Made by a program: the position numbers and the translations under genes | The notes under the pieces: generated by a model | What the model was told of the DNA's origin: nothing | What the model saw: only the letters and a program-made list of their open reading frames with translations | Databases searched by the model: none | Shown here: positions 51,306 through 61,293 of the stretch, in pieces | Numbering within the stretch: the first letter of the stretch is position 1 | How the letters are laid out: every line of letters starts with the position of its first letter | Assembly: GCF_046293535.1 (NCBI RefSeq) | Contig: NZ_JBKBOV010000025.1 | Location: 6,588-70,587, forward strand | DNA length: 64,000 bases | Direction: 5' to 3' | Source of the DNA: Massilia sp. | GTDB lineage: Bacteria > Pseudomonadota > Gammaproteobacteria > Burkholderiales > Burkholderiaceae_D

Positions 51306-51749
51306 TCATTCCTGCTTCGCCATGGCGCGCCACTGCGCCTGCTTGCGCGCCACCTTGTCCCTGAAGCGCACCGGGTCGATCAGGTGGCGCTCGTGGATGC
51401 CTTCACAGACTTTCTCCACCTCGTCCCAGGCTTCGACCCGGAAACGCACCCGGCGTCCCTCCACTTCCAGCACTTCACCCTGGATTCGCAGGCGCATGCC
51501 CGGCGGCGTCGGCGCCAGGTGGCGGAAGTTCACCATCGTCCCCAGGCTCTGCTCCTGCGGCCAGTCGACGTAGGGCATCATTCCATGCAAACAGGCAAGT
51601 TCCATCATGCCAACAAGGTAACCCGTGGCCAGCACCTTCGGCATATCACGGCAAAACAAGGTATCGTGGTAAAGCTCGGGCACGCTAGCGCGTTCCGGGA
51701 CAGTGTAGTGCCATTCGAAGCGAAGGCCGGGCTGGAAAGTGGGATGCAT
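51306..51749 (-). CDS. hotdog-fold thioesterase (FlK-like)
   Basis: VLATGYLVGMMELAC, FRHLAPTPPG, GIHERHLI. Confidence 0.85.
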   Translation of the reverse strand: MHPTFQPGLRFEWHYTVPERASVPELYHDTLFCRDMPKVLATGYLVGMMELACLHGMMPYVDWPQEQSLGTMVNFRHLAPTPPGMRLRIQGEVLEVEGRRVRFRVEAWDEVEKVCEGIHERHLIDPVRFRDKVARKQAQWRAMAKQE

Positions 51750-51828
51750 GGGCGCAGCTTAGCGCATTGCAAGGCTGCCGTAAGCATGGGCAGGGAGATT
51801 GCAAGCAATGGCACGAACAGGAGGGCCA

Positions 51829-52896
51829 ATGAAGCTGAACAAGAAACTGATGGCACAGATGCGTGCCGCCACCCGCTCGACGGTGCGCTCTTTCCTGCAC
51901 ACGGGGCCGGCGGCGGCAGACACCATGATCCAGGAAACGCTCAAGAGCGCCACCGCCTTGCAGCGCGAAGCCCAGCGCCAGATGCGCAGCGTCGGCGTGG
52001 GAAGCGCGGCGGCGGCAAGCGATCCTTTCGAAGCCGAACTCGGCGTCAGCCTGCCGGGCAAGTTCATCGACGGCAGCCACACCACTCCCGCCGGCACCCG
52101 CGACTACAAGCTCTACGTCCCCGCGAGCTACACCGGCAAGCCGCTGCCGCTGCTGGTGATGCTGCATGGCTGCACCCAGGATCCGGAGGATTTCGCCAAT
52201 GGCACCGGCATGAATGAGCTGGCCGAGGAAACGCCCTGCCTGGTGCTGTATCCGGCCCAGAGCAAGGCGGCCAACTCCTCGCGCTGCTGGAACTGGTTCA
52301 ACGCGCTCGACCAGCAGCGCGACCAGGGCGAGCCTTCGATCATCGCCGGCATGACGCGCGCGGTCATGGAGCAGTACATGGTCGATCCGGAACAGGTGTA
52401 CGTGGCGGGCCTGTCGGCCGGCGGCGCGATGGCGACCATCATGGGCACGCTCTACCCGGACCTGTACGCGGCCGTGGGCGTGCACTCGGGCCTGCCGTTC
52501 GCCTCGGCGCACGACCTGCCCTCGGCGCTGGCGGCGATGAAGGGCGAGTTCCGGCGCGCGCAAGCGCACGCCCAGCTGCCCGGACGCCCGCTGCCGGTCA
52601 TCGTCTTCCATGGCGACCAGGACACCACCGTGCACCCGGCGAATGCCGACCAGCTCATCGCCCAGGGCGCGCGCCAGGCGACACGCCGCGCCGCGCAGCC
52701 GGGACGGGTGCCCGACGGCCATGCCTATACGCGCACCCTGCACCACCGCGAGGACGGAGCGGTGCATGCCGAGCACTGGCTGATCCACGGGGCGGGCCAT
52801 GCCTGGTCGGGCGGGCGCGCGCGCGGCAGCTATACCGACGGGCGCGGACCGGACGCGAGCAGGGAGATGTTGCGGTTTTTCCGGACGCGGCGCTAA
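51829..52896 (+). CDS. PHB depolymerase family esterase (LpqC-like)
   Basis: LHGCTQ, CWNWF, VAGLSAGG, VFHGDQD, HGAGHAWSGG. Confidence 0.9.
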   Translation: MKLNKKLMAQMRAATRSTVRSFLHTGPAAADTMIQETLKSATALQREAQRQMRSVGVGSAAAASDPFEAELGVSLPGKFIDGSHTTPAGTRDYKLYVPASYTGKPLPLLVMLHGCTQDPEDFANGTGMNELAEETPCLVLYPAQSKAANSSRCWNWFNALDQQRDQGEPSIIAGMTRAVMEQYMVDPEQVYVAGLSAGGAMATIMGTLYPDLYAAVGVHSGLPFASAHDLPSALAAMKGEFRRAQAHAQLPGRPLPVIVFHGDQDTTVHPANADQLIAQGARQATRRAAQPGRVPDGHAYTRTLHHREDGAVHAEHWLIHGAGHAWSGGRARGSYTDGRGPDASREMLRFFRTRR

Positions 52897-53025
52897 CGGT
52901 GGGTGCACGGCTACGCCGTGCGCGCGTTCAACCGGCCGAGGAACAGCCGTGCAGGCAGTATTACCGTGATTTGAACGCGCGGTCGGCAGAGCGTGGTCCA
53001 GTCCACTGGACTGGACCACCCCTAC
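52897..53025. repeat. degenerate GTAG-type REPIN
   Basis: Left arm GGGTGCACGGCTACGCCGTGCGCGCGTTCAA; right arm TTGAACGCGC...GCGTGGTCCAGTCCACTGGACTGGACCACCCCTAC. Confidence 0.7.
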
Positions 53026-53225
53026 GAACCTTGACGCTTTGTTAGCTCGGCTTCGATATGGGCGCGCAGGCAGGCCGGACACCAGCAGCCGACGGCTTCC
53101 TGCGGCACCGGCACGGCGGGCGGCAGCGTGGTGCACCAGCAAGGCTCGGGGCTGCCTTGGAGCATCGCGCAGCCGAATTCGGCGCCGCAGCGGCTGCATG
53201 GTCTCGGGGTGGAAACGCTACTCAT
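53022..53225 (-). CDS. cysteine-rich CWC-family small protein
   Basis: CSRCGAEFGC...CWC...CWCPACL. Confidence 0.82.
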   Translation of the reverse strand: MSSVSTPRPCSRCGAEFGCAMLQGSPEPCWCTTLPPAVPVPQEAVGCWCPACLRAHIEAELTKRQGS

Positions 53226-53335
53226 GGTTCTTTACGGTGGGGATCGAGCCCATAAAATACAACAAGACGCCATATAATCAGCACAAGTACTACCCTGTTG
53301 CCTTAAAATCTTGCGACATTTAATTTGGACCCTCC

Positions 53336-54265
53336 ATGAACGCTACTCTGACCAGCCTGAACACCGACGACCAGCCCAACGATCTGACGAAAGTATCGCC
53401 GCAGATCAAGGCGCAGATCCTGGCCGAGGCGCTTCCCTACATCCGTAATTTCCACGGCAAGACCATCGTCATCAAGTATGGCGGCAACGCCATGACCGAC
53501 GAGCGCCTGAAACACGGCTTCGCCCGCGACGTCATCCTGCTCAAGCTGGTGGGCATGAATCCGGTCGTGGTGCATGGCGGCGGTCCGCAGATCGACAATG
53601 CGCTCAAGAAGATCGGCAAGCAGGGCACCTTCGTGCAGGGGATGCGCATCACCGACGAGGAAACCATGGAAGTGGTCGAGTGGGTGCTGGGCGGCGAGGT
53701 CCAGCAGGACATCGTCATGCTGATCAACCACTACGGCGGCCAGGCCGTGGGCCTGACCGGCAAGGACGGCGGCCTGATCCGCGCACGCCGCATGAGCATG
53801 CCGGACAAGGAAAAGCCGGGCGAATTCCTGGACATCGGTTTCGTCGGCGAGATCGAGGCGATCAACCCGGCCGTCGTCAAGGCGCTGCAGGACGACGCCT
53901 TCATCCCGATCATCTCGCCGATCGGCTTCGGCCAGGATGGCCAGGCCTACAACATCAATGCCGACGTCGTCGCCGGCAAGATCGCCGAGATCCTGAAGGC
54001 CGAAAAGCTCATCATGATGACCAATATCGCCGGCGTGCAGGACAAGGCAGGCAACCTGGTCACCGACCTGTCGGCGCGCGAGATCGACGAGATGTTCGAA
54101 GACGGCACGATTTCGGGCGGCATGCTGCCGAAAATCTCGTCGGCGCTGGACGCCGCCAAGTCGGGCGTGAATACCGTGCACATCATCGACGGACGCATCG
54201 AACACAGTTTGTTGCTGGAAGTCTTGACCGAGCAGGCATTTGGCACTATGATCCGGTCTCACTAA
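53336..54265 (+). CDS. argB: acetylglutamate kinase
   Basis: [29 protein letters not shown]. Confidence 0.96.
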   Translation: MNATLTSLNTDDQPNDLTKVSPQIKAQILAEALPYIRNFHGKTIVIKYGGNAMTDERLKHGFARDVILLKLVGMNPVVVHGGGPQIDNALKKIGKQGTFVQGMRITDEETMEVVEWVLGGEVQQDIVMLINHYGGQAVGLTGKDGGLIRARRMSMPDKEKPGEFLDIGFVGEIEAINPAVVKALQDDAFIPIISPIGFGQDGQAYNINADVVAGKIAEILKAEKLIMMTNIAGVQDKAGNLVTDLSAREIDEMFEDGTISGGMLPKISSALDAAKSGVNTVHIIDGRIEHSLLLEVLTEQAFGTMIRSH

Positions 54266-54308
54266 TTTTTTTGTGGCGGAAATATCCGCCACAGAAAATG
54301 ACCTGAAT

Positions 54309-54383
<75 letters not shown>

Positions 54384-54410
54384 TTCTTCTTCCTGCAGTA
54401 CCCTCCCCCT

Positions 54411-55313
54411 TTAGTAGATCCGCTCCACCTTGATGCCGCGCTTGCGCAGCAGCTCGGGCAGTCCGCCTTGTCCCAGCAGGTGCAGCAGGCCCACCGCCAC
54501 CACCGCATTGTTTTCGCGCGCCAGCAGCGCCGCCACCTTGTCCGCCATCGGCCCATTGCGCTCGTCGAGCAGGAGCTCGCGCGTGAACTTCCCGCTCAGG
54601 CTGTCGTCGCTCTCCAGCCGCCGCATGAGCGCTTCCTGCGCGCGACGGTCGGCGCGTTCGTAGGCATCGAGCAGCTCGCGCGTTTCGCGCAACTGGCGGC
54701 CCGAAGCCATGTCTTCCAGCGTTTCTTCCAGCAGGCGCCACTGTTCTTCGTCAGACAGGCGGTTCAGCAAGCTGGCCTGGTACTGCATGGTCTCGAGCTC
54801 GGCGATGCGGGTCTTGCCCTGGCGCGCCAAGGTGGCGAGGTGGTCGTCGACGCCCAGGGCCGGGTCGTAGCCCAGCTTGACGGTGTCGAACACGGCAAGC
54901 ATCGTCACCAGCATCCAGGGTTTCAATTGCGCCACCGCGGCAGGCTCCAGCCCATGCTTGCGCAGGGCCGCCTCGATGCGCGCGCGGCGCTCGGGCGCCA
55001 GGCCCGCATAGCCCGGGCTGCCGGGCGGGAACATGCCATGCTGCTGGACCGCGGCCGCGGGCGCGGCCGGGTCGCCCTTCATGTCGATTTCCAGCGCCAG
55101 CGTGGGCGCGGCGGCGATCGCCGTCCGGATGCGCGGCTCGAGCGGATAGAAGTCGGCGCGGCCGACGTGCATGGTGCCGTACAGGTACAAGGTATTGCCC
55201 TTGTCCGTGGCCTTGAACAGCGCGCCCCGCGCCGTGCCCACTTCGGCCGCCATCGCCTGGAAGGCCAGCAGGAACAAGCTGAGGAACACCACTATAATCG
55301 GACGTCGTCGCAT
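54411..55313 (-). CDS. TraB/GumN family exported protein
   Basis: Signal peptide, LYLYGTMHV, GVDDHL, LETMQYQ, ERNGPMA, VGLLHL. Confidence 0.88.
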   Translation of the reverse strand: MRRRPIIVVFLSLFLLAFQAMAAEVGTARGALFKATDKGNTLYLYGTMHVGRADFYPLEPRIRTAIAAAPTLALEIDMKGDPAAPAAAVQQHGMFPPGSPGYAGLAPERRARIEAALRKHGLEPAAVAQLKPWMLVTMLAVFDTVKLGYDPALGVDDHLATLARQGKTRIAELETMQYQASLLNRLSDEEQWRLLEETLEDMASGRQLRETRELLDAYERADRRAQEALMRRLESDDSLSGKFTRELLLDERNGPMADKVAALLARENNAVVAVGLLHLLGQGGLPELLRKRGIKVERIY

Positions 55314-55353
55314 TCATTTCCCCTTGTTGTGTTTGCGCTTTTAAACTGAAACT

Positions 55354-56097
55354 GTGGCAAATCATACCCTCCCCTCCCCCGTCTGGCTGTTCGACCTCGA
55401 CAACACCCTGCACGATGCCTCGCATGCGATCTTCCCGGCCATCAGCGCCAACATGAACGCCTACATCGGGCGCGTGCTGGGCGACGGCAGCACGCCCGCC
55501 ACCCAGGCGCAGGTCGATGCGGCGCGCCTGGGCTACTGGAAGCGCTACGGCGCCACCCTGCTCGGCATGATCCGCCACCACGGGGTGTCGGCGGCCGACT
55601 TCCTGCACGTCACGCACGATCTCGGCGCCCTCGACAAGCTGGTGCGCGCGGAAAAGGGACTGGGCACGCTGCTGCGCCGCCTGCCGGGCCGCAAGATCCT
55701 GCTCACCAACGCGCCCACGCGCTACTCGACCGACGTGATGCGCCACCTGGGCCTGAGCCGGCACTTCGCGCACCACGTCGCGATCGAGCACATGCACGTG
55801 CACCGCCAGCTGCGCCCCAAGCCGTCAAGCCTGATGCTGCGCCGCCTGCTGCGCAAGCACGGCGTGGCCGCGCGCCGCTGCATCCTGGTCGAGGACACGC
55901 TGGCCAACCTGAAAAGCGCCAGCCGCCTCGGACTGCGCACCGTCTGGGTGACGCAGTACCTGCGCATGAGCGACCCGATCGGCAAAGCCGGGCCGCGCAT
56001 CGGACCACTGCCGCGGACCCTGAAACGCCCCGGCTACGTCGATGTCAAAGTAAAATCCGTGCGGCAGCTTCCGGCGCGTCTGCACCGGCTGCGCTAA
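55354..56097 (+). CDS. pyrimidine 5'-nucleotidase (HAD family)
   Basis: FDLDNTLH, YWKRYGATL, LTNAP, PKP, VEDTLANL. Confidence 0.88.
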   Translation: MANHTLPSPVWLFDLDNTLHDASHAIFPAISANMNAYIGRVLGDGSTPATQAQVDAARLGYWKRYGATLLGMIRHHGVSAADFLHVTHDLGALDKLVRAEKGLGTLLRRLPGRKILLTNAPTRYSTDVMRHLGLSRHFAHHVAIEHMHVHRQLRPKPSSLMLRRLLRKHGVAARRCILVEDTLANLKSASRLGLRTVWVTQYLRMSDPIGKAGPRIGPLPRTLKRPGYVDVKVKSVRQLPARLHRLR

Positions 56098-56127
56098 TAC
56101 CAACAACAACACGACACTAGGGATCAC

Positions 56128-56703
56128 ATGGCAACCAAGCCAGGTCAGCGCAAACTGCAAATCCTCCAGGCCCTGGCCTCGATGCTCGAGCAGCCCAAGG
56201 GCGACAAGATCACCACGGCGGCGCTGGCGGCGCGCCTGTCGGTATCCGAGGCGGCGCTGTACCGCCATTTCGCCAGCAAGGCGCAGATGTACGAAGGCCT
56301 GATCGAGTTCATCGAATCGAGCGTCTTCGGCCTGATCAACCAGATCGCCGAGCGCGAGGAAGACGGCGTGCACCAGGCGCACGCGATCCTGCAGATGCTG
56401 CTGTCCTTCGCCGCCAACAACCCGGGCATGACCCGGGTGCTGATCGGCGACGCGCTGGTGGGCGAGGACGAGCGCCTGCAGCTGCGCATGAACGGCTTCT
56501 ACGACCGGATCGAAATGGCGTTCAAGGGCGCCTTGCGGGTTGCCGTCACCCAGGGCCACGGCCTCGAGACCGACGTCGCGGCCCGCGCCAGCCTCCTGGT
56601 GAGCTACGTGACCGGGCGCTGGCACCGCTTCGCCAAGAGCGGCTTCAAGCAGAACCCGGCCGAAGGCACGGCCCTGCAGCTGTCGCTGCTGCTGGCGGCA
56701 TAA
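56128..56703 (+). CDS. slmA: nucleoid occlusion factor (TetR family)
   Basis: ITTAALAARLSVSEAALYRHFASKAQMYEGLIEFIE. Confidence 0.9.
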   Translation: MATKPGQRKLQILQALASMLEQPKGDKITTAALAARLSVSEAALYRHFASKAQMYEGLIEFIESSVFGLINQIAEREEDGVHQAHAILQMLLSFAANNPGMTRVLIGDALVGEDERLQLRMNGFYDRIEMAFKGALRVAVTQGHGLETDVAARASLLVSYVTGRWHRFAKSGFKQNPAEGTALQLSLLLAA

Positions 56704-56723
56704 AGGCTTCCTGCACAGGCATC

Positions 56724-58559
56724 ATGGACACCCAGGAAGTATTCGCATTGCTGGACGACGCCGGCGCCGCAGGCGACGCCCGCTCGCGCCTGTACAGCCG
56801 CCACGCCGGCACCCTGCACTGCATCGATGCCGCCGGCTGGCCGCAGCTGCTGCGCGAGCTGCAGGAAGCGCTGGGACGCGGCCTGTACGCGGTGCCGCTC
56901 CTCACCTACGAACTGGGCGCGCAGCTGCAAGGCGTGCCGGCGCACCCGGTGGAAGGCGCACTGGCGCAGGTGCTGCTGTTCGAGCAATGCGAGCACCTGG
57001 ATGCAAGCCAGGTCGAGGCCTGGATCGCCACCCGCGCGCCGGCGAACGAACGGGCGGGCGTGGCCGGCATCAGGCCCAACGTGGACGAGGCGGCCTTCAC
57101 CGAGGCGATTGGCCGCATCCGCGACTACATCGCCGCCGGCGACACCTACCAGGTGAACTACACCTACCGCCTGCGCTTCGAGACCTACGGCTCGCTCCTC
57201 AAGCTGTATGCGCGCCTGCGGGAGCGCCAGCGCGTGCCCTACGGCGCCCTGGTGGCCCTGGCGGACGGCAGCGCCGTGCTGTCCTTCTCGCCCGAACTGT
57301 TCGTGCGCCACGACGCCGGCAGGCTGCTGGCGCGCCCGATGAAGGGCACCGCCCCGGCCAGCGGCATCGATGCCGTCGACGACGAACGCGCCAAGGCGCT
57401 TTCCGCGGACAGCAAGAACCGCGCCGAGAACCTGATGATCGTCGACCTGCTGCGCAACGACCTGGGACGGGTCGCCGCCACCGGCAGCGTCGAGGTGCCC
57501 GCGCTGTTCGAGGTGCGCCGCTACGGCAGCGTGCTGCAGATGACCTCGACCGTGCAGGCGCGCCTGCGCGAGGATGCGAGTCTGGAGCAGGTATTCGCCG
57601 CGCTCTACCCCTGCGGCTCGATCACGGGCGCGCCGAAGCGCCGCACCATGGAGATCATCCACGAACTCGAGCCAAGCGCGCGCGGCATGTATACCGGTGC
57701 GATCGGCTGGTTCGACCCGCCCGCCCCAGGCGGCGGCAAGGCCTTCGGTGATTTCTGCCTGTCGGTCCCGATCCGCACCCTGGCGCTGGGGGCGCCGCAA
57801 GGCGGCACCCGCAAGGGCGAGCTGGGCGTCGGCGCCGGCATCGTCTACGACAGCGAGGCCGCCTCCGAATATGCCGAATGCCAGCTCAAGGCGCGCTTCC
57901 TCACCGGCCTGCACAACGAGTTCGAGATTTTTGAAACCCTGCGCGCCTCCCGGGACGAGGGCTGCCGCCACGTCGAGCAGCACCTCGACCGCCTGGCAGC
58001 ATCCTGCCGCTACTTCGGCCATCCGTTCGATTACGGCGCGGCCCGCGCGGCCCTGAACGACGCCTGCCTGGCCCTGCCCCAGGGCCAACTGCACCGGCTG
58101 CGCCTGGCCGTGGCGCACAGCGGCGCGCTGGCCGTGCAGGCGGCGCCGCAGGTCCCCTTGCGCGAACCGGTGGCGCTGCTGCTGGCGAAGGACAGCACCC
58201 ATTCGGGCGACGTCTTCCTGCGCCACAAGACCAGCGTGCGCAGCCGCTACGACGCGGCCTGGCGCGCCGCCGAGGCGCAAGGCGCTTTCGACGCCCTGTT
58301 CTTCAACGAGCGCGGGGAACTGACCGAGGGGGGACGCAGCAACGTGTTCCTGCGTTTCGGCAGCGAGTGGATCACGCCGCCCGTGTCGAGCGGCCTGCTG
58401 CCGGGCGTGATGCGGGCGGTGCTGCTGCAGGCGCCGGCCTGGCGCGCCAGCGAACAGACCATCACGCGCGCGATGCTGGCGGAGGCGGACGACATCGTCG
58501 TCTGCAATGCCTTGCGCGGGCCGCTGCGGGCGGTCCTGCTGGACGACCCGCAAGCTTGA
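56724..58559 (+). CDS. aminodeoxychorismate synthase component I fused to class IV aminotransferase/ADC lyase (PabB-PabC-like)
   Basis: GDTYQVN, SPELF, PMKGT, KNRAENLMIVDLLRNDLGR, CGSITGAPK, RHKTS, EGGRSNVF. Confidence 0.9.
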   Translation: MDTQEVFALLDDAGAAGDARSRLYSRHAGTLHCIDAAGWPQLLRELQEALGRGLYAVPLLTYELGAQLQGVPAHPVEGALAQVLLFEQCEHLDASQVEAWIATRAPANERAGVAGIRPNVDEAAFTEAIGRIRDYIAAGDTYQVNYTYRLRFETYGSLLKLYARLRERQRVPYGALVALADGSAVLSFSPELFVRHDAGRLLARPMKGTAPASGIDAVDDERAKALSADSKNRAENLMIVDLLRNDLGRVAATGSVEVPALFEVRRYGSVLQMTSTVQARLREDASLEQVFAALYPCGSITGAPKRRTMEIIHELEPSARGMYTGAIGWFDPPAPGGGKAFGDFCLSVPIRTLALGAPQGGTRKGELGVGAGIVYDSEAASEYAECQLKARFLTGLHNEFEIFETLRASRDEGCRHVEQHLDRLAASCRYFGHPFDYGAARAALNDACLALPQGQLHRLRLAVAHSGALAVQAAPQVPLREPVALLLAKDSTHSGDVFLRHKTSVRSRYDAAWRAAEAQGAFDALFFNERGELTEGGRSNVFLRFGSEWITPPVSSGLLPGVMRAVLLQAPAWRASEQTITRAMLAEADDIVVCNALRGPLRAVLLDDPQA

Positions 58560-58566
58560 GCGCTAG

Positions 58567-59178
58567 TTAAAACCGGTAGCCGAGGCCGAGGCCGAAGAGC
58601 ACCGGATCGACCTTCACCGCGCTTGCCCTGGCGCCGCCGACCATCACGTCGCTGCGGATGTTCACTTTTTTCACGTCGAGGTTCAGCGACCAGCGTGCAT
58701 CGAGCCGGATGTCGACGCCTGCCTGCAGCGCCAGGCCCCAGCTGTCGTTCTCGAGGTCGCCCGCACCACCGAGCAGCTTCACGCGCGAGATCCGCGTGTA
58801 GTTCAGGCCCGCGCCTAAGTAAGGGCTTACTTTCGCCTGCGGCGCGAAGTGGTACTGGGCGCTCAAGGTCGGCGGCAAGTGACGGAAGCTGCCGATGCGC
58901 GCGCCATCCAGGGTGACGTCGTGCTTTTGAGGATAGGTGAGGATCAGTTCGGCCGCGAGGTGCGGCGTGAAGAAGTAGGAGATATCGACTTCCGGGATGG
59001 TCTTGCTGGCCACGTGGATGCGGTCGGCGGCGCCGCTGCCGGCCAGGGGCGCGGAATGCTTGGCGGGATCGATGTGGACGGCGCGGGCGCGCAGCATCCA
59101 GTTGGAATCCTGTGCCAGGGCCTGGGTGCCGGCGAGCGCGAGAGACATCGCCAGCACATGCTTGAACAAGGTTTTCAT
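58567..59178 (-). CDS. ompW: OmpW family outer membrane protein
   Basis: Signal peptide, LPPTLSAQYHF, PYLGAGLNY, VDPVLFGLGLGYRF. Confidence 0.88.
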   Translation of the reverse strand: MKTLFKHVLAMSLALAGTQALAQDSNWMLRARAVHIDPAKHSAPLAGSGAADRIHVASKTIPEVDISYFFTPHLAAELILTYPQKHDVTLDGARIGSFRHLPPTLSAQYHFAPQAKVSPYLGAGLNYTRISRVKLLGGAGDLENDSWGLALQAGVDIRLDARWSLNLDVKKVNIRSDVMVGGARASAVKVDPVLFGLGLGYRF

Positions 59179-59288
59179 GTTTTTCTTCCTTTCGTCATGT
59201 AACGAAAGGAAGAATATTGATGCAGAGCAAAAAAATCGTTGATCTGGATCAAAATAACCACATTAAGAATGTGGTTATTGGTTCCGAC

Positions 59289-59888
59289 TCACATGGCGAG
59301 CGCCTGCTCGATCTTGCCGACCAGGGCCGGGTCTTCCGGCGTCACCTTGCTCGGGAAATGTTCAAGCACCTTGCCGTCGCGGCCGATCAGGTATTTGGTG
59401 AAGTTCCACTTCGGCGCCTGGCCGGTGGCCTTGGCGAGGCTGGCGTGCAGCGGGTTGGCTTCCGGACCGGTGACCACGCTCTTGGCGAACATCGGGAACT
59501 TGACGCCATAGGTGTTGAAGCAGAAGTCGGCGATTTCCTTGGCATTGCCCGGTTCCTGCTTGCCGAAGTCGTTCGAGGGGAAGCCCAGCACAACCAGGCC
59601 GCGTCCGCCGTATTTCGCATACAGCTTCTCCAGCCCTTCGTACTGCTTGGTGAAACCGCAGTAGCTGGCCGTGTTCACGACCAGCACCACCTTGCCGGCA
59701 TACTGGCACAGGTCCTGCGGCGCGTCGTCCTGCAGGCGCTTGAAGTTCTGCTTGAGGATGGCGGGGCAGCTCATCGGCATGCGCGCGGCGGCCGGCGCGC
59801 CCGGCGTGGACGTGGCCTGTGCGGCGGCAGGAAGAGCGGCGCTGGCTGCGGCAAAGGCAGCGAACAGCAGGGCGGTGGTCTTGATCAT
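59289..59888 (-). CDS. glutathione peroxidase family protein, exported
   Basis: NTASYCGFT, GFPSNDF, WNFTKYL; signal peptide. Confidence 0.92.
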   Translation of the reverse strand: MIKTTALLFAAFAAASAALPAAAQATSTPGAPAAARMPMSCPAILKQNFKRLQDDAPQDLCQYAGKVVLVVNTASYCGFTKQYEGLEKLYAKYGGRGLVVLGFPSNDFGKQEPGNAKEIADFCFNTYGVKFPMFAKSVVTGPEANPLHASLAKATGQAPKWNFTKYLIGRDGKVLEHFPSKVTPEDPALVGKIEQALAM

Positions 59889-59982
59889 GGCGGGGAGTTC
59901 CCTGGTTGGTGATGCCACGATTGTAACGCAGCCGCCGCCTGTAAAGACCGCCGGCCGCCCGCGGCGCCCGGACGATATCCGT

Positions 59983-60408
59983 TCAGCCCGCGTTCAGGCT
60001 GCGGTGCTCGATCTTGATGCAGTGGTTCATGACGACGTCGAGGCCGGCGGCGCGCGCCAGGTCGGCGGCGGCCTGGTTCTCGATGTCGAGTTGCATCCAC
60101 AGGCAGCCGGCGCGCACGGCGACGGCGTCGCGCGCGATCGGCGGGATGTCCTCGGACTTGCGGAAGCAGTCGACGATGTCGATCCGCTGGCCGCTGCCGG
60201 CCAGGGCGTCGGCCGCATCCTGCAGCGTGGCGTGGACCTGTTCGCCCAGGATGGTCTCGCCCGCATAGCTCGGGTTCACCGGCACGATGCGGTAGCCGTG
60301 CTCCTGCAGGTAGGCGGCCACCTCGTGGCTGGCGCGGTCGGGTTTGTTCGACAGGCCGACGATGGCGATGGTCTTGCTGTCATTGAGGATCTGGGCAATG
60401 CTTCTCAT
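59983..60408 (-). CDS. CoA-binding domain protein (YccU-like)
   Basis: IVGLSNKPDRAS, IVPVNP, DIVDCFR, WMQL, VVMNHCIKIE. Confidence 0.9.
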   Translation of the reverse strand: MRSIAQILNDSKTIAIVGLSNKPDRASHEVAAYLQEHGYRIVPVNPSYAGETILGEQVHATLQDAADALAGSGQRIDIVDCFRKSEDIPPIARDAVAVRAGCLWMQLDIENQAAADLARAAGLDVVMNHCIKIEHRSLNAG

Positions 60409-60520
60409 GGTGGCTTGGCTCGATGGTGATTCGGCTTTCAGCTTATCAGATTCGCATCACTGCTGGCGTCGCGGGCGCAAACGTGAAAAGATGCGGGCAC
60501 CTTTGATTTCCATGCCCAAC

Positions 60521-61138
60521 ATGCGCCCTACCGCCCTTTCCCTGCTCGCCGCCCTGCTTCTCTCGCTGCCCGTCCACGCGGCCGAACCGCTGGCCGCGGT
60601 GGAACGCGCCATCGTCCCCGTGGCGAACTGGGGCGGAACCCCGGCCGACGCGTCAAAGGCGCGCCGCCACGCCATCACCCAGATCACCCTGCACCACCAG
60701 GGCGAGCCCTTCAAGGCGGGCACCGATCCGCAAGCCTACCTGCGCCGCCTGCAGTCCTGGTCGCGCGCCAGCAAGGGCTGGCTCGACATCCCCTACCACT
60801 ACGTGATCGACCTCGATGGCCGCATCTACGAGGCGCGCAACATCGACTTCGCGGGCGACACCAATACCGAGTACGACCCCAGCGGGCACGCCCTGATCGA
60901 GGTGGTCGGCAACTTCGAGGAAGTGGAGCCGAACCAGCGGCAGCTCGATGCCGTGGTCGACCTGATGGCGCTGCTGGCGGCGAAGTACAAGGTGTCGCTG
61001 GACGCTATCCGCAGCCACCGGGACTATTCAAGCAAGACCGTGTGCCCGGGGGCGAACCTGTACCGCTACGTCAAGGAAGACTGGTTCCGCCACAAGGTGG
61101 CGCTGCGCCTGGCGGGCGAACAAGCCCAGAAACGCTAG
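60521..61138 (+). CDS. N-acetylmuramoyl-L-alanine amidase (Amidase_2/PGRP-like), exported
   Basis: ITLHH, PYHYVIDLDGRIYEAR, SHRD, VCPG (His/His/Cys Zn ligands). Confidence 0.85.
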   Translation: MRPTALSLLAALLLSLPVHAAEPLAAVERAIVPVANWGGTPADASKARRHAITQITLHHQGEPFKAGTDPQAYLRRLQSWSRASKGWLDIPYHYVIDLDGRIYEARNIDFAGDTNTEYDPSGHALIEVVGNFEEVEPNQRQLDAVVDLMALLAAKYKVSLDAIRSHRDYSSKTVCPGANLYRYVKEDWFRHKVALRLAGEQAQKR

Positions 61139-61153
61139 AGCAGCCGCGATAAC

Positions 61154-61284
61154 GTAGGGTGGGCGGGTCTCCCGCCCACGCGTTCAAACCAGGCTAGATC
61201 TGCCCGCGCGTAGTCTCATCCACTAACTATCACCGCGTGGGGTAATCTGGGCCAGTGGCCCAGATTACAAGCCGCCCACCCTAC
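61154..61284. repeat. GTAG-type REPIN with a nested 13-bp palindrome
   Basis: GTAGGGTGGGCGGGTCTCCCGCCCACGCGTTCAA...AACTATCACCGCGTGGG[GTAATCTGGGCCA-g-TGGCCCAGATTAC]AAGCCGCCCACCCTAC. Confidence 0.8.
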
Positions 61285-61293
61285 GAAACCCCA

